A DNA stretch of 61,863 bases from Paraspadella gotoi (taxonomy: Eukaryota; Animalia; Chaetognatha), in NCBI GenBank assembly GCA_051294375.1, contig CM119267.1, forward strand, positions 4,335,019 to 4,396,881, in the 5' to 3' direction. The translations under genes were made by a program, and so were the position numbers. The notes beneath the pieces are model-generated. The model was not told the DNA's origin, made no database searches, and worked only from the letters and a program-made list of their open reading frames with translations. This document shows positions 34,178 to 44,295 of this stretch, piece after piece; position 1 is the first letter of the stretch, and the number at the start of each line of letters is the position of its first letter.

Positions 34178-37100
34178 TTATTTGATTTGATTTAATCTGA
34201 TGAAATAGGAAATTTGTATTTATTTTTTTAGTTTTGATTTAGTATGTTTCGGTTGAACTTTAGTTAATTTTATTTCATTTAATAAGAAGTTTGGATTTGA
34301 TTGCATTGAACTATATTTTGGTAATAAATCTATTTTTAAATATTTAATTCTATATAACACGACCATATTTTATTTTGCTCCGACTTCATTCGTCCAATGG
34401 ACATGAAACCGAATTCCATTGATCTTCCGCTGATGACCAAAAAGATGGACGTCCACCAATTAAATCTCCGCGTTTGTTTCCTCGCCTCGTCGTCGTCGTC
34501 GTCGTCGTCGTCGTCTTCCCGTGTCCATGGCAACGAGACGTTTCTCCCGCTATCAATCTAATGGATAAATGAATGGCGATTAAGAATCGCGTCCGAAGGC
34601 AGAAGAAAAATAAGAAAAAAAATAAATGTGAAAATTAAATAAAGAAAAAAAAAAGGAGAGAAAAATGGATTAAAAAAAGGGAGACGAATCGACGGGAAAA
34701 AAGAGTGACCGAGATATGAAAGTTTAATCGACGCATTCGCCGGAGCCAGTGGCCGCGATTTTTATAGTCGCCAATCTTTTATTTTAATGGTCGTTGACGT
34801 CGTTGTTGTCGTTGTTGTTGTCGTTGTCGTGAAAGTCTTGGAGGGATCTGCTTATAGGATAGGCTATGCGGGACTGAGAACTGAGCATGCTGATAAAGTT
34901 TAAAAAAATTAATTATGTAAATGCCAGTAATTATGTCACGATAGCGAAAGATTAAAGATTAAATGTTGTGTTCGAAGTTACAAACACAATCACAGTCTTC
35001 ATTGTCTTCGTCGTCGTAAATCGTCGTCGTCGTCATCGTCATCGTGGTCACCTTTGTCATTACCAACGCTATGGTCATATAATTGGTCATTGTCATCGTC
35101 GTCGCCGTCGTCGTCGTCGTCTTCATCACTTTCTTTGTCGTGGTCGTCGTAGTCGTCATGGTTATCATCGTCGTCGTCGTCGTCGTCGTGGTCGTCGTCG
35201 TCGTCGTCGTCGTCGTCTTTTCGATGCCATCCTCCGAAAGTCCTTTTCTTTTTACTAGTTGGGATTCTCACGATCTTTCTCGAGTCTCTTGCGGAATTTT
35301 ATCAGCTATTGTGGAGATGAAAGGAGGGAGGTATAGGCTAGGTAGAGAGAGTAGAGAAGAGCGAGTGATAGAGAGAGAGGAGAGAGAGGAGAGATTGAAG
35401 AGGAGAGAGAGAGAGAGAGAGGCGAGAGAAGGTGAGGTAGAGAGAGATACGACTGGAAATCAATTAGCGTTGTGTATACTATTTACGTATTCTTTATGTG
35501 GAGGATCGGGAGAGAAAGTATTTGATGAAAGAATAAGATTGAGTTATTAAATTGTGTGCGGTAAATTTAAGGAGCAAAATAGCATAACCTTCACTGTCGC
35601 ACACCATATATAATCACAGAGGACTATAACGTCTTACGACCGGGCTTGCCAATTCCATTGGCTCAGAGGCGGAACATCCATTAGGTCACGTTCGATACCG
35701 ACATTGTTGCCATCCACACTCCAGGAACCAAGTACTTTCCCTTTTGGCGTTGGGATTAAAAGCGAGACCGTCCGACGGTCTCACCGGCCAGTCTGACTGA
35801 TGCCCCAAAGCATAAACTGGCGAACTCGCTGTTGCCATACAATCAGGACCAGTTAAGAAACTGTGATGCTTGCGTTTTCGGGTTCCTTTGAGTTTGTTTG
35901 GGCCAGCGGGAGGCGATCTACCCGCCTTCTTTGTTTTCCGGGACGAATTTATCGTCCCTAGGAGTTGGAGACGTCCCGACCTCCTTTTTATATGGTGGGC
36001 TGGCCTTTAAATTGTATATATAAAAATCCAATGTGGCGACGTCGTTTTACTTCGATGAAAGAACGTCTTAAATTCCGACCTGGGCTTGCAGCGCTCTAAT
36101 TCACTCAGAGACTTTAATTCCACTTTCTTAGGTACCGATCATCCGGGACCCGCTTTCTGCGTGGGCCGGGGAAATCACGAGTTATGTCGTCGCTGCCAGT
36201 ACGAGGACGAAGGAAGATGATGGGAAGTTTTTTAGTACATAGGGAGAAGAGAGAATTTGGAGGGGTGAGGCAAGCAGGAAGCGAAAACATTTCCTGTAGG
36301 ATTGGCTCTTGGTACCTTCGGGGGGATGTGAGGGTGGGAAGATGAGAGGGGCGAGAGGTGCGAAGATGGGTGTTCAAGGAAGAGGTGGGGGCGACAATAA
36401 TTCATAGGGTACCTGGTCGTAAATATGAGTTTGCTTGCCATTTTCTTTTGACCGAAATCAAATCGATATGGCATGTGTTTAGATTCTTAAAAATATTTAT
36501 TGCATACAGGACTATTATGGACGTTTGCGTTAGATCGCTCGTTGTTTTTANNNNNNNNNNNNNNNNNNNNNNNNNGGGCATTTCAGGAGAGGGTGAGGGG
36601 GACAAAATTAGGGAAAGCCTTCGTAAAATAGTGAAGTTGCTGCATTTTTTCTGACCCACGGAATCCAAATGAATGGCAGCGTTATAAATTAATAAAAAAA
36701 ATATTTACTACAACTATGAAGTATGTAATATTTGATTTTAATGTTTTTTTCGTTACGTTTGAATTAGAGGCAGAGAAAACAAAACTTTAAAAAAAAAAAT
36801 AAAATATGTAGTTTTTTCCACGTTAATTTAAATAATGGTTGTTTGTAAACAAACAAAATCTTTTATGAGTCCGCCTCTATTTCAAGTTAAAGTTAATTTG
36901 AGATAATTTATTTTAAAACTAAGTTGACCTGCGGACGAACTTATCATTTTCAGCTTGATGTAAGTTTCTTTGTTTTTTTGTTTATAAGTTAAGAGTGAAG
37001 TCGGAAAACGAAGAAACTTCTATTTTGAAATTAGTTTGGAAATCTGTGAAATTGTTCGTCCATAAAAAGTTGGCAAATAATGAAGGAAAATGAAGAGGAT

Positions 37101-38462
37101 TTTTAAAAAGAAACATTCTACGTGTGGGCGAAAAGACAGGAAAGAAATGGGAGCAAACGAAATCAAATCATTGTAAAGAAAAGAAAAGTCAAGAAAGTGT
37201 TGAGGGAAAAAGAAAAGAAAGGAAGGCAACTAAGAAAAGAAAGGAAGGCAACTAAAAAAAGAAAGGAGAAAAAAGTTAAAAAAGAAAAGGAAGGAAAAAG
37301 AAAAGAAAAAAAGGAAAGAAATAGAGAAGAAAATATAAAACAAAATAGAGAAGAAAATAAAGAAAAAAACTAGAGAAAAAAATATTGAAAAAAATAAAGG
37401 AAAAAAAATTGAGATGAAAATAGAGAAGAAAACAGAAAAGAAAATAGAAAAGAAAAATGTGCGGGACGAAAAAAAATGTTGTTCCTCTGAAGCCTCTCGA
37501 CAGGCGGCGTTAATCCCTCGCGGTCTCTCTCTCTTTCTCTCTCTCTNNNNNNNNNNNNNNNNNNNNNNNNNNNNNNNNNNNNNNNNNNNNNNNNNNNNNN
37601 NNNNNNNNNNNNNNNNNNNNNNNNNNNNNNNNNNNNNNNNNNNNNNNNNNNNNNNNNNNNNNNNNNNNNNNNNNNNNNNNNNNNNNNNNNNNNNNNNNNN
37701 NNNNNNNNNNNNNNNNNNNNNNNNNNNNNNNNNNNNNNNNNNNNNNNNNNNNNNNNNNNNNNNNNNNNNNNNNNNNNNNNNNNNNNNNNNNNNNNNNNNN
37801 NNNNNNNNNNNNNNNNNNNNNNNNNNNNNNNNNNNNNNNNNNNNNNNNNNNNNNNNNNNNNNNNNNNNNNNNNNNNNNNNNNNNNNNNNNNNNNNNNNNN
37901 NNNNNNNNNNNNNNNNNNNNNNNNNNNNNNNNNNNNNNNNNNNNNNNNNNNNNNNNNNNNNNNNNNNNNNNNNNNNNNNNNNNNNNNNNNNNNNNNNNNN
38001 NNNNNNNNNNNNNNNNNNNNNNNNNNNNNNNNNNNNNNNNNNNNNNNNNNNGGGGGGGGAGCAGTGAATCGGGAGGCGGAACCGAAGGTTGCACGAGAAT
38101 GAGCGGTGTTCCTAATAAGAAGGACTCTTTAGGAAACCGAGGCGTGGAGAAAAACCGACGCCGGCGACGCCGCCGACGCCGGAAACGCCGCTGTAATGAC
38201 AGGAATTAAAATTGTTCCACCACCGAGACTAAAGCCGGGATAACGACGACGACGACGACGACGACGACGACAGGCGAGGAAAGCGGAATTTCTTTTCTTT
38301 TTTTCTTTTTTTTTTTCGAAGTTTGATTTGGAAATTTTAATCTTTCGCTTTGTTTGATAATTGAGACGAAATTGTCAAAGGGAAAAAAAGAGCGAAATTG
38401 AGAGAGTTATGCGAGATGATAAAGGGGGGGGGAAAGGGAAGGGAAATATTGCCCATATGCAA

Positions 38463-38505
<43 letters not shown>

Positions 38506-38809
38506 GAATTTTATTTTCTCCTTCTTGAATGAGGAAAAAACTTGTCATTCATTAGTCTTGTTACCCTTTAACAAATTAATATATAAAACAAACTCCTTCT
38601 CAGAAAATTAAACAATTTCTATCATAAACTAAGAAAACAAAAGGTCAACTCAATTCATATAGAAAAAAAAACGAATCCGAGTGAAAAAAAAATAAAAGGT
38701 TTGAAATAGTAAGTAACGAGGGTTGGAATCTAAATGAAGGACGAAACTCAAATTAGCGTCACGCTTTGAAACAATGCCGTTTGATGGCGCTAATAAAACG
38801 AAATTCCGC

Positions 38810-39060
38810 GATGCTTCTGATCCAAAGTCCCTTTTGTTTGTTTATCTTTCGATTCGAGACAAGGGGGAGAGAGAGAGAAGAGAGGAGAGAGAGGACGAGA
38901 GATTTGTTTTATATTATAGATTTTACGAAATTTTATCGATGCTTTTCATCAAAATCCCTTTTGTTTGTTTATTTTGCGATTCGAGACAAGGGAGAGAGAG
39001 AGAGAGAGAGAGAGAGAAGGAGAGAGACGAGAGAGAGAGAGAGAGAGAGGACGAGAGAGA
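38810..39060. repeat. Short tandem duplication (~130-bp period) with GA tracts
   Basis: GATGCTT...CCCTTTTGTTTGTTTAT...GATTCGAGACAAGGG-(GA)n-GGACGAGAGA occurs at ~38810 and ~38938. Confidence 0.75.
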
Positions 39061-40106
39061 GAGACATTACATGACAATTCTGAGGCCAAAACGACTGGCG
39101 AGGTGTCTTAACAAAACTTCCTTCTAAATCTCTGATGCGAACAAAAAGACAGTACTACTGTCTTTTTTACTGTCTCAAGTCATATTGTATTGACGCTCGT
39201 GGTGCCGTGTGGGCGTGGCCTTAGGGCAGAAAAAAGGCTCGACGTCCGACGACCGTGGATTCGATATCGGCGTCTTACTTTGCCCAGTTTCGAGAGAGAG
39301 AGAACGCGACGACGATTATGAAGACGAAGAAGAAACGTGAACTCGGGAATATCCCGATTATTTTTGGAATGTACAGAATCTTACGAGTCTGGGGCAGTTG
39401 CCTCCGACGTCGTACGGTTTTAAGACCGTTTGTTTATGACTGTTTGTTTTACTGGACTTTATTATGATTTTATGGGCTTAATTATCGACCTAATTATGAA
39501 ACTGTTTAACCGTCAACTTGATTTTTTAATAAACAAACAACATTTGAAACCACGATCGTCGCCATCTTGAAAGTCAGCCAGAAAGTCGAGGCGGCTCAAA
39601 CATATATATTTAAATTCATGAATTTTTAGATGATAAAGCGACTAAACAATTGGTCACAATAAGATCTTTGTGGTACATCTCCTGTATGACAAGTGACAAC
39701 TAGTATTCTTTTAGCCTTGCATTAATTTGTCGCATCCATGAAAGCAGACAACATTAAAAATGACTAAATAGGGTTACTAAGAGATGACTAGCAAAAACTA
39801 AAAAACAAGTAGAGCACATTTCATATATGAACATTATTTGCTAGAAAACTTGTTTTGGGATATAAAAAACTTAAGTTTTTTCCCCTTTCTCTCTCTCTCT
39901 CTCTCTCTCTTTTATTCTCTCCCGCTATTTATCTCTTTCTCTTTCTCGTTATAACTAACTAACTTCTTCTCAAAATTGTTTTCATTTGTAAACACTAAAC
40001 AGTCAGTGAATAATCTCATTCAAACTTTATTATTTATATCTAAATTTATTTCATCTTCATAGTTCATACATCAAGATTTAAAATTTTTATTGCATAATTT
40101 TTCTTC

Positions 40107-43100
40107 TTATTTGAATTCAACGCAGCAATAACCATTCAAATAGGGGATGGAACGTCCCGGACATGCGCGACATGGTTCCTTTCCCGCCAATTCGTTTTCA
40201 ATACTGTAGTATTGCTTTCGCTTAGCGCAGCAAACCCCACTCTGCTGGTGCGGCTTCACCTTCTCAACAAAGCCCGTCGTTTTGTCGTTGTAACAAAGAT
40301 CCACCCTGGCTTTCAGATAAAACTTGGTACTCGGAGTGATCATGTCCAAACTGTAGGGTTTGTTGAGCCGAAACGTGATTCGGTACTGCCCAAAAAGGCT
40401 AGGATACATGGGCCCGGCAAACTCTCCTACGGATGACATGCAGAGTGGCTCGTTAGCGAGACATCCGGGAGTGTCGTAGGGATTGACTAATTCGGTGGTG
40501 CTGCTGCACAGAGCATTTTCATGGACATCGGTTCTTGCCAGGAATCTGTCCTCAAATTCCAATGGTTCGTTTTTGACCAAGGAAACCGTCGTTGTGACTC
40601 TCAATCCTTTCTGCACGAAGATCGGGGGCAGAATGACCTGCATTCCTCTCAAATAAAACGGACCTGAATTCGAGGTCTCTTTATCCATCCAATCGTTTTT
40701 GACCAACCAGTCGATATTGGGTATTTGAAAATACATTTGAGTCTTCATTTCTGGACTGTCAAATAACGCTGTCAGATCAAAGTTAAATCCATTCTGATCG
40801 GAATTGTTGAAAGATATAGGGATGTTTTTATATTCGTAACCACCAACCGAATCAGCGCACATGTCCCTCGTGAACTCATAACTCATGAGCTTGCCCAAAT
40901 CCCCGTCCATATTCTTTTGCAAGCTTTTGCAAACTGGAAGTTCAATATTATGGCTCATGTATTTTATTCTTTCACAAGTGGAGAAGATCAGTCTGAACTT
41001 TTGAAGGCGTAAAAGTATCATTGATTGAATTCTGGCAACTTCAATAGTTACTTCATTCGTTAAGGGGGTTTCCAAAGTTTTAGCCATGTTTTGAGATAAA
41101 CTAATTTGTAATTTGTTTTTTGCGATATCCTTCACGTAATTTGCCATGCTCAAAAACGTTTCATGCATTTTTTCGTGATAACCAATGACTCGACCAGCAC
41201 GAAACTTGGCGTCAAGACAAGATTTTTTTACGGATGTAATTATTGGAATGCCGTCTCCATCTTTGAGCATGTCACAAAGGCCATCGACGATAGTTTCGAA
41301 ATATACTTGCATGTCCGACATATCAGTAGCTTTGTAGGGACTTTGTATGGTCATTGTTGCAAATTTCTTAGCTTTGGTAATATTCATTTCCTCTTTATCC
41401 CGCAAAAGTCCATTCAAAGCGATGAACGCGCCTTCGTTTTCCTTCATCCTTGTCAATATTCCTTCCGAGGTTTTAGTAAATTTAGGCACCAAATTAGCCA
41501 AAAATCTGACGTCGCTAATTTTCCCAGCTTGATTCATTATTTCACCCAGTTCGCTGCCGATACTAAGTGCTTTCGTAGGGTCAACGATCACCGATGCGAC
41601 TTTAAAGCCAATCTTGAAAATATTCATAGTGATGGACGCCGCTGCCTTCACTGTGATGACATCCGTTATTTTTTTCACGGTCGACTTGAAAACCTTTTCT
41701 TCTTCATCCCTCCCCTTTTCAGTCTCGTCCAAAACTGAGATGAGACTCGTGATTTCCCCTTCAAGCCTCGTTTCGTCAAAGGCGGCGGAGTCGACAAAAT
41801 ACTGGGCCAGGCTTTTTTGAAAATCTGTCATGACTTTAGACAAACCGTTCACCTGATCCCTCAGTTTTCCAAACTCTGACTTAATAAAGTTATGCTGTAG
41901 ACTCTTCACTTCGTTAAACTTGTTGGAGAGTTTAAACGGTTTGTTCCTGTTTTCCAAAACTACCTTTAGGTCGGTCAATGTGGCCCTCGTCTTGCAAAAA
42001 GAGGTATGGCCATCGACTGTTTTGGTGCAATCCCAATCATAGCATTGGGACTTCAACGTTTTCAACGCAATGTCGACAGATTTTTCCGTTTCTGCCAGAT
42101 CGTTCGACACTTTAACTATCTTCAGTATTTTAACCAAATCCTTGGTGATACACTTGGCACATTGAATGTGTACCCTCTTATTGCTTGAACATGAATCTTT
42201 TTTATTAATTGAAAAGTGGGGACAATCGGTCAGTCGAGCTTCTGCTCCCGTACAGCCTAGAGTGTTGATTGCAAACTTATCTTGAGATGAAAATTCATAG
42301 CTGTTTACTGCGAATACGGGGATCGCGTCTTGTGAATTATAAAGTTGTTTGCACGCGACTTGACTATCCTTCCAATGCCATTGGGCGCTACAGGCTGAAT
42401 AGTGACCCAAGTAAACATAACCTTCGTTTTTGGCTTCGTTTTGCTTCGGATGAAGTCTAAAGGAGGTCGGTTCAACGCAGTGGACTCCCGCTCCATTGTT
42501 GGATCCGCATCTGGAGATGGTAGTATGCCCGCAGTCGTGGATGTGGCTCTCTGATCCTCTGCATTGCACATTGTCCATTCTAAAATTTGAGACTTCTCCA
42601 AAGTAGCTTCCGGAGGTAGAAAGGACCTTTACTTGATTACTAGATCCCAGCATCTTGCACACTACCTTGGCATCGTTGGAGTCCCAGGAGTGGTCACAGA
42701 CATATCGACCACCTATCATAACGTTGCCCGACACTCCCTGAATTCCTCCAACCAAGTTTGCTGATTGACCTTTACGGATTTCGCAGCCTTCTTCGTCTTT
42801 CCAGTTTCCACAATTGTTCACGCTGTCGCAATGGTAGCTTTCATGATAGCATTGTCTTCCAGTCCCGCAATAATTGTACCCGGGTTCGCAAATGCACTCT
42901 GTGGTATACGATTGGGACGCGCACTCATAATCAAATCCTTTGCGAGCTCGGCACGTGCAGCTCTTCTTTTCTTTGATCGACAACTCGCAGAGGAATTGAT
43001 TGGATCCTCCCCATTCGTATCTTTCGGCGTACTCGCATCTTCTTTCCCAGCTGCAGTGTCCTCCGCTGCCGCCGCCGCAGCATTCTTCGTCCATCCCTTC

Positions 43101-43292
43101 CTTGCCTTTTTCCACTTGTTCTTCTTCTTTGGAAAACCAAAAGGATTTTGACGACGAACTAAATTTCGTTGCAGCTCGTTTTGACAAGGACAGCTTGAAG
43201 AGCTCGCTGAAAGGCTTGGGGCCTCTCTCACCTCGAGCATTTTGCAAGACGGCGCAAAGACCCGACGCCAACAGAAGCAGGGATAATTTCAT
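40107..43292 (-). CDS. Intronless secreted modular protein (1061 aa): signal peptide, Cys motif, LDL-receptor class A repeat, 2 SRCR domains, long helical region, unassigned C-terminal domain
   Basis: Uninterrupted 3.2 kb ORF. ATG at 43292 starts the hydrophobic leader MKLSLLLLASGLCAVLQNARG. LDLa: CEPGYNYCGTGRQCYHESYHCDSVNNCGNWKDEEGC (~42891-42783). SRCR1: VCDHSWDSNDAKVVCKMLG...MDNVQCRGSESHIHDC...AGVHC. SRCR2: WHWKDSQVACKQL...LGCTGAEARLTDC. TAA at 40109-40107; AATAAA at 40091-40086. Confidence 0.92.
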   Translation of the reverse strand: MKLSLLLLASGLCAVLQNARGERGPKPFSELFKLSLSKRAATKFSSSSKSFWFSKEEEQVEKGKEGMDEECCGGGSGGHCSWERRCEYAERYEWGGSNQFLCELSIKEKKSCTCRARKGFDYECASQSYTTECICEPGYNYCGTGRQCYHESYHCDSVNNCGNWKDEEGCEIRKGQSANLVGGIQGVSGNVMIGGRYVCDHSWDSNDAKVVCKMLGSSNQVKVLSTSGSYFGEVSNFRMDNVQCRGSESHIHDCGHTTISRCGSNNGAGVHCVEPTSFRLHPKQNEAKNEGYVYLGHYSACSAQWHWKDSQVACKQLYNSQDAIPVFAVNSYEFSSQDKFAINTLGCTGAEARLTDCPHFSINKKDSCSSNKRVHIQCAKCITKDLVKILKIVKVSNDLAETEKSVDIALKTLKSQCYDWDCTKTVDGHTSFCKTRATLTDLKVVLENRNKPFKLSNKFNEVKSLQHNFIKSEFGKLRDQVNGLSKVMTDFQKSLAQYFVDSAAFDETRLEGEITSLISVLDETEKGRDEEEKVFKSTVKKITDVITVKAAASITMNIFKIGFKVASVIVDPTKALSIGSELGEIMNQAGKISDVRFLANLVPKFTKTSEGILTRMKENEGAFIALNGLLRDKEEMNITKAKKFATMTIQSPYKATDMSDMQVYFETIVDGLCDMLKDGDGIPIITSVKKSCLDAKFRAGRVIGYHEKMHETFLSMANYVKDIAKNKLQISLSQNMAKTLETPLTNEVTIEVARIQSMILLRLQKFRLIFSTCERIKYMSHNIELPVCKSLQKNMDGDLGKLMSYEFTRDMCADSVGGYEYKNIPISFNNSDQNGFNFDLTALFDSPEMKTQMYFQIPNIDWLVKNDWMDKETSNSGPFYLRGMQVILPPIFVQKGLRVTTTVSLVKNEPLEFEDRFLARTDVHENALCSSTTELVNPYDTPGCLANEPLCMSSVGEFAGPMYPSLFGQYRITFRLNKPYSLDMITPSTKFYLKARVDLCYNDKTTGFVEKVKPHQQSGVCCAKRKQYYSIENELAGKEPCRACPGRSIPYLNGYCCVEFK

Positions 43293-43350
43293 CGTGAATG
43301 TTGTATTTTCCTTGATAGAAATCGGCCGATTCCGGAATTCACCGGGCAAA

Positions 43351-43384
43351 GTGTGATCGGCGAAAAAATGGAAATCTTTTTATA
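43351..43384 (-). promoter_or_regulatory. TATA box plus initiator-like element of the SRCR gene
   Basis: Minus-strand TATAAAAA at 43384-43377 and TCACAC whose A (43354) lies 30 nt downstream, 62 nt before the ATG. Confidence 0.55.
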
Positions 43385-43686
43385 GGCGAGGGAAAAATAT
43401 AATCGTGGAAAGATCGGGAGATCATTTCGAGTGGTAATTATTTCACGGGAAAAAAAAAGTTGAATGATCCTTGAAAATGTCAAAGGCTACACAGAGATGC
43501 TGTTATTACGAATCGAAAATAAAATAACGTTCTAAAAAAAAATGAATACTTTAAAAAAAGACATAAGGGTAAGTTTTTGAAAATAAAAAAAAACATGTAG
43601 TAATTTTTGATTTTGTGCAATTTTATGGCAGAGATATGCTTTATAAATCTTGATTTCTACCTTTCGTATAACCTGGTGACGTTCTA

Positions 43687-43753
<67 letters not shown>

Positions 43754-44295
43754 TACACAAATATGACTCCCGGTAGCGCCTTCACCATTTGTTTCTTTCT
43801 CATAAAAAAGATATATAACAAAAGTCAGAAGTACTTTTATGTTGTGGAAGTTTAAAACATCTGATTTTAATATTCAGTTCTCATGTGACGTCAACTGTCA
43901 GAACTTTAAAGCGAATCAACATTTTGTTCTGCAAAATTCTGCCAAATTCTGTATTTAAAATGTACTAAATTGAATAATCTAAACAACAAAATTAACTCTT
44001 TTAAATCCGTACAATGATAAAAAAAAAAAACAATATAAACGAATAAATAATATAAACCAAGATAGAGGCTCACCCTATCGCCAGGGCTTTTCTCCCCCCC
44101 GGGTCTTCTCTCCCCCCTCTCAACGTCACCTCCTCCTCCTCCCGGCGTCGTCCCCTCCTCTTCATCTCCGGAGTCTTGGAGATCGGCATTACAACTTCTC
44201 CTCTCGGTCTCGGGGTCTGCAAAACTTCCCTCTCCCTTCTTCCCCCTTATGTACCCTTGTTCCCTTTGTTATAGCTACTTCCCTATTACCAATAT

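Noticed and set aside
34999-35271. Acidic poly-Asp ORF
   Set aside because: Degenerate (GTC/ATC)n microsatellite of a type common throughout the window.
35764-35782. Perfect hairpin GAGACCGT-CCG-ACGGTCTC as a Helitron 3' end
   Set aside because: No CTRR terminus at the expected distance on either strand; the region is noisy.
40212-43356. Plus-strand and alternative-frame ORFs within the SRCR gene; GTG start at 43349
   Set aside because: These are shadow ORFs. The eukaryotic start is the ATG at 43292, which begins the signal peptide.
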